Positions 61,834-64,000 of a stretch of 64,000 bases of DNA are shown here, one piece after another. The DNA lies in the NCBI GenBank assembly GCA_016929065.1, contig JAFGJO010000042.1, positions 16,543 through 80,542 on the forward strand. Reading direction: 5' to 3'. The notes beneath the pieces are model-generated. The model saw only the letters and a program-made list of their open reading frames with translations, had not been told where the DNA came from and did not search any database. A program made the translations under genes and the position numbers. This DNA comes from Spirochaetales bacterium (GTDB taxonomy: Bacteria > Spirochaetota > Spirochaetia > SZUA-6 > RPPD01). The stretch's first letter is position 1. Every line of letters starts with the position of its first letter.

Positions 61834-62502
61834 TCACGCAGCTCTTCTGTGTGAAAAAAGTTTTCCCAATTGCAAAGCAACCAGATAGAAAAAAGGCCCC
61901 CAAAACACCGGGTATCCGGCTTTGACAAGATCCGGCAGTTCCTGGTGATAGTTGACATAGGGGATGACAGAGAAACAGAACCAGGACAAATACCAGGCAC
62001 CGACAAATCCCATCGGAATAAATAAAATTGTAAACCATGATATTTTTACCAGCATTATTCGGATCAGGAGCACAGTGATCACGGTCGAGCCGATGAGAGG
62101 AACCAATATCACACAGACAAGCCCTCCGCAGAAGTCAAGAAGATGATAGCTCACAAAACCGGTCACACCGGTCCAGTAAAATAATGCGGAAATATCGAAC
62201 ATGGCACAGTCATAATACACAGCGAATAACACAGAATTACAGACAAGAAAAACAAGTACCTTCACCCAATGTTTTTTAATACCCTCAAACGGGACCAGAA
62301 AAAAAATAACCGCGATATTGAAAAGGATAACAATTACAACACCAAAGGAATACGACCAGGAAAGCCATGCCAACCCCTTCCAGCCGGAAATAAACCCAAT
62401 CATGAAAGCCCAGGCTATAAACAGGAAAAATGAGACCGCAAGAATAAATACAGGTTTCATCCAATTATTTTTCAACACCGGTAAAAGTTGATCAGTCTTC
62501 AT
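61834..62502 (-). CDS. Polytopic membrane protein, hypothetical
   Basis: It has six or more TM segments. Confidence 0.5.
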   Translation of the reverse strand: MKTDQLLPVLKNNWMKPVFILAVSFFLFIAWAFMIGFISGWKGLAWLSWSYSFGVVIVILFNIAVIFFLVPFEGIKKHWVKVLVFLVCNSVLFAVYYDCAMFDISALFYWTGVTGFVSYHLLDFCGGLVCVILVPLIGSTVITVLLIRIMLVKISWFTILFIPMGFVGAWYLSWFCFSVIPYVNYHQELPDLVKAGYPVFWGPFFYLVALQLGKLFSHRRAA

Positions 62503-62641
62503 TGTTTTTCCTGGCGGTGAGCATCACAAAGCTGGTTGGGACAATTTTTTTTGAGATCGCGTCAAAAGCCGCTTCGGCGCGCCGGTTGTGTTCGGGGTTG
62601 AGGTCCCATGTTTTGGCCGCAGTATCAAAAGACCTCATTGT

Positions 62642-63280
62642 TCAATTACCGTCATAGGTAATATTGGGGGACGGAGGACTGCTTTTTATCCCGTCTTTCG
62701 GCTTTTTTTCACGGGCAAAGAGCAGCCCGAACATTCCGCCGAAAAATCCGCCGATTAAATGGGCTTCTTCGTTTACATTATTCGTTTCAAACAGCATGCT
62801 GAATATTTCTTTTGTTACGAAAATAAGAATAACGGCAATCAGTGTGAGCGGAATTTCGCCTTTTTTGACATTTGTAATGGAAATAAGAAGGATAAGCATG
62901 AAGACAATACCGCTTGCTCCAAGCGAGGATGATGACAGAAAAAAAACGTTCACCAGGCCGGATGCAACAGCGGTAAGGATCATCATCAGCAGGATTCGTG
63001 CTGATCCGTATTTTTCCTCAAGAATGGGACCGATCAACAGCATAAACGAGATATTTCCAAACAAATGCTCCCAGCCGCCGTGTCCCACAGTATAGGAAAC
63101 AAGCCGGAGGACATCAAGTGAAAAGAAATTAAACGGATACGTATTGCCCGGAACAACAAAATTTCCCATAAATTCCGGAATGATCGATGCAACACCCATA
63201 ATAGCGGTACTTGCTATAGAGAATGTCAAAATGACCGGTGCATTATAACGAATTTTCATAGAAATACCTCTTGAAATCAC
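62642..63280 (-). CDS. Rhomboid-family intramembrane serine protease
   Basis: It has a GASG catalytic serine motif and a downstream His within TM helices. Confidence 0.8.
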   Translation of the reverse strand: MISRGISMKIRYNAPVILTFSIASTAIMGVASIIPEFMGNFVVPGNTYPFNFFSLDVLRLVSYTVGHGGWEHLFGNISFMLLIGPILEEKYGSARILLMMILTAVASGLVNVFFLSSSSLGASGIVFMLILLISITNVKKGEIPLTLIAVILIFVTKEIFSMLFETNNVNEEAHLIGGFFGGMFGLLFAREKKPKDGIKSSPPSPNITYDGN

Positions 63281-63427
63281 AAATTGAAAGTATCTCTCCC
63301 AAAGAACGCAACGTACACAAAAAAAAACAATTTAATTATTATCTTTGTACGCCCGTGAACTTTGTGAATAATTTTCTTCTTAAACAAGCTTACTCCGGAT
63401 AGAGTTTTCCGGTCAAGATATGAAATA

Positions 63428-64000
63428 CTACGGGAGTCTTCCAAGTACCTTCAGTTTTGAATCAGCATGGGCGGGCGTTTCCTCTTCCTGTTTGCTTTTT
63501 CGGTACACATCGAGCTCGCGGATAAATACTGACGGGATCACTCCCAGCTCAAAAATAACCTTCGAGCATCCCCGGCCGACATAGCGGAAATGCCAGGGCT
63601 CATGGATATAGCCGGTAATCGCCTCGGAGTTTTCAGGATAAGACATGACAAAACCGTATTTCCAGGCATTCTCTGCCAGCCAGATGCCCGCTGGAGATTT
63701 ATCGAACCCGTCAAATACATCCCCCTTGTAATCGGTCGCTGACATATCGAATGTTGTACCCAGCTGGTGTTCGCTGTGTCCGGGACGGGCCGATGAACGG
63801 TCTGCTTCGGCTTTTCCAAGCTGCTGCACCCAGTAATTATAGGTTTCTTTCTGCGTTTCATAGGACCGGTACGAGGAAAATACATAGAAAAAATGGCTGT
63901 CTTTTTTTGCTTCCTCAAACATCGAAAGAAGGTCATAAATGGCAACAATACGGCCCTGAAGATGCGCATGCCGTGTCTTGACACCATGCGATTCCAGATT
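63428..64000 (-). CDS. M15-family D-Ala-D-Ala carboxypeptidase (VanY-like), partial, N-terminus beyond the window
   Basis: It has the SEHQLGTTFD motif (SxHxxGxAxD), and I confirmed the frame stays open to the window end. Confidence 0.7.
   Translation of the reverse strand, partial: NLESHGVKTRHAHLQGRIVAIYDLLSMFEEAKKDSHFFYVFSSYRSYETQKETYNYWVQQLGKAEADRSSARPGHSEHQLGTTFDMSATDYKGDVFDGFDKSPAGIWLAENAWKYGFVMSYPENSEAITGYIHEPWHFRYVGRGCSKVIFELGVIPSVFIRELDVYRKSKQEEETPAHADSKLKVLGRLP

Overview
This 64 kb window is a bacterial chromosome segment that I read as spirochaete-like. The reasons are that groEL has no adjacent groES, SecD and SecF carry long periplasmic domains, and many secreted or lipoprotein genes are present. 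GC content is moderate, with one clearly foreign island. I found no rRNA, CRISPR array, transposase or integrase.

The core content is housekeeping: tkt, a metallophosphoesterase, yajC-secD-secF, a tandem-HTH MerR regulator, groEL with a degenerate CIRCE-like operator, ssb, two hsp20 genes, mtgA, adk and a tRNA-Met(CAU). Further along are a YtrA-like GntR / SPFH / ABC (FtsX x2) / LolA-like / outer-membrane-protein operon, ogt, and a DUF72 gene. A TPP riboswitch then controls thiS-thiG-thiH and a thiF-thiE fusion. Two tandem small Cys-rich paralogs and uvrA follow, and the window ends with a CAP-domain lipoprotein, a rhomboid protease and a partial M15 peptidase. At the 5' end, a c-di-GMP neighbourhood (HD-GYP, PilZ, hybrid sensor kinase) lies next to a partial, highly acidic repeat protein.

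The most interesting part is a ~12 kb GC-shifted island inserted immediately after uvrA (about 48.4-60.7 kb). It encodes a very large P-loop ATPase (DUF499/BrxC-PglY-like), a small translationally coupled protein, a 958 aa DPPY N6-adenine methyltransferase (DUF1156-like), a nested AbiEi/AbiEii abortive-infection pair whose own start codon sits inside a 22 bp inverted repeat, and a PLD-nuclease fused to a SNF2 helicase. I read this as a methylation-coupled anti-phage system related to BREX/DISARM-type modules but without PglZ or DrmAB; it is at best poorly characterised. A sharply AT-rich patch inside the methyltransferase gene suggests module swapping. A second unusual locus is a hairpin-dense ~650 bp noncoding tract around the tRNA gene that contains a 40 bp direct repeat.
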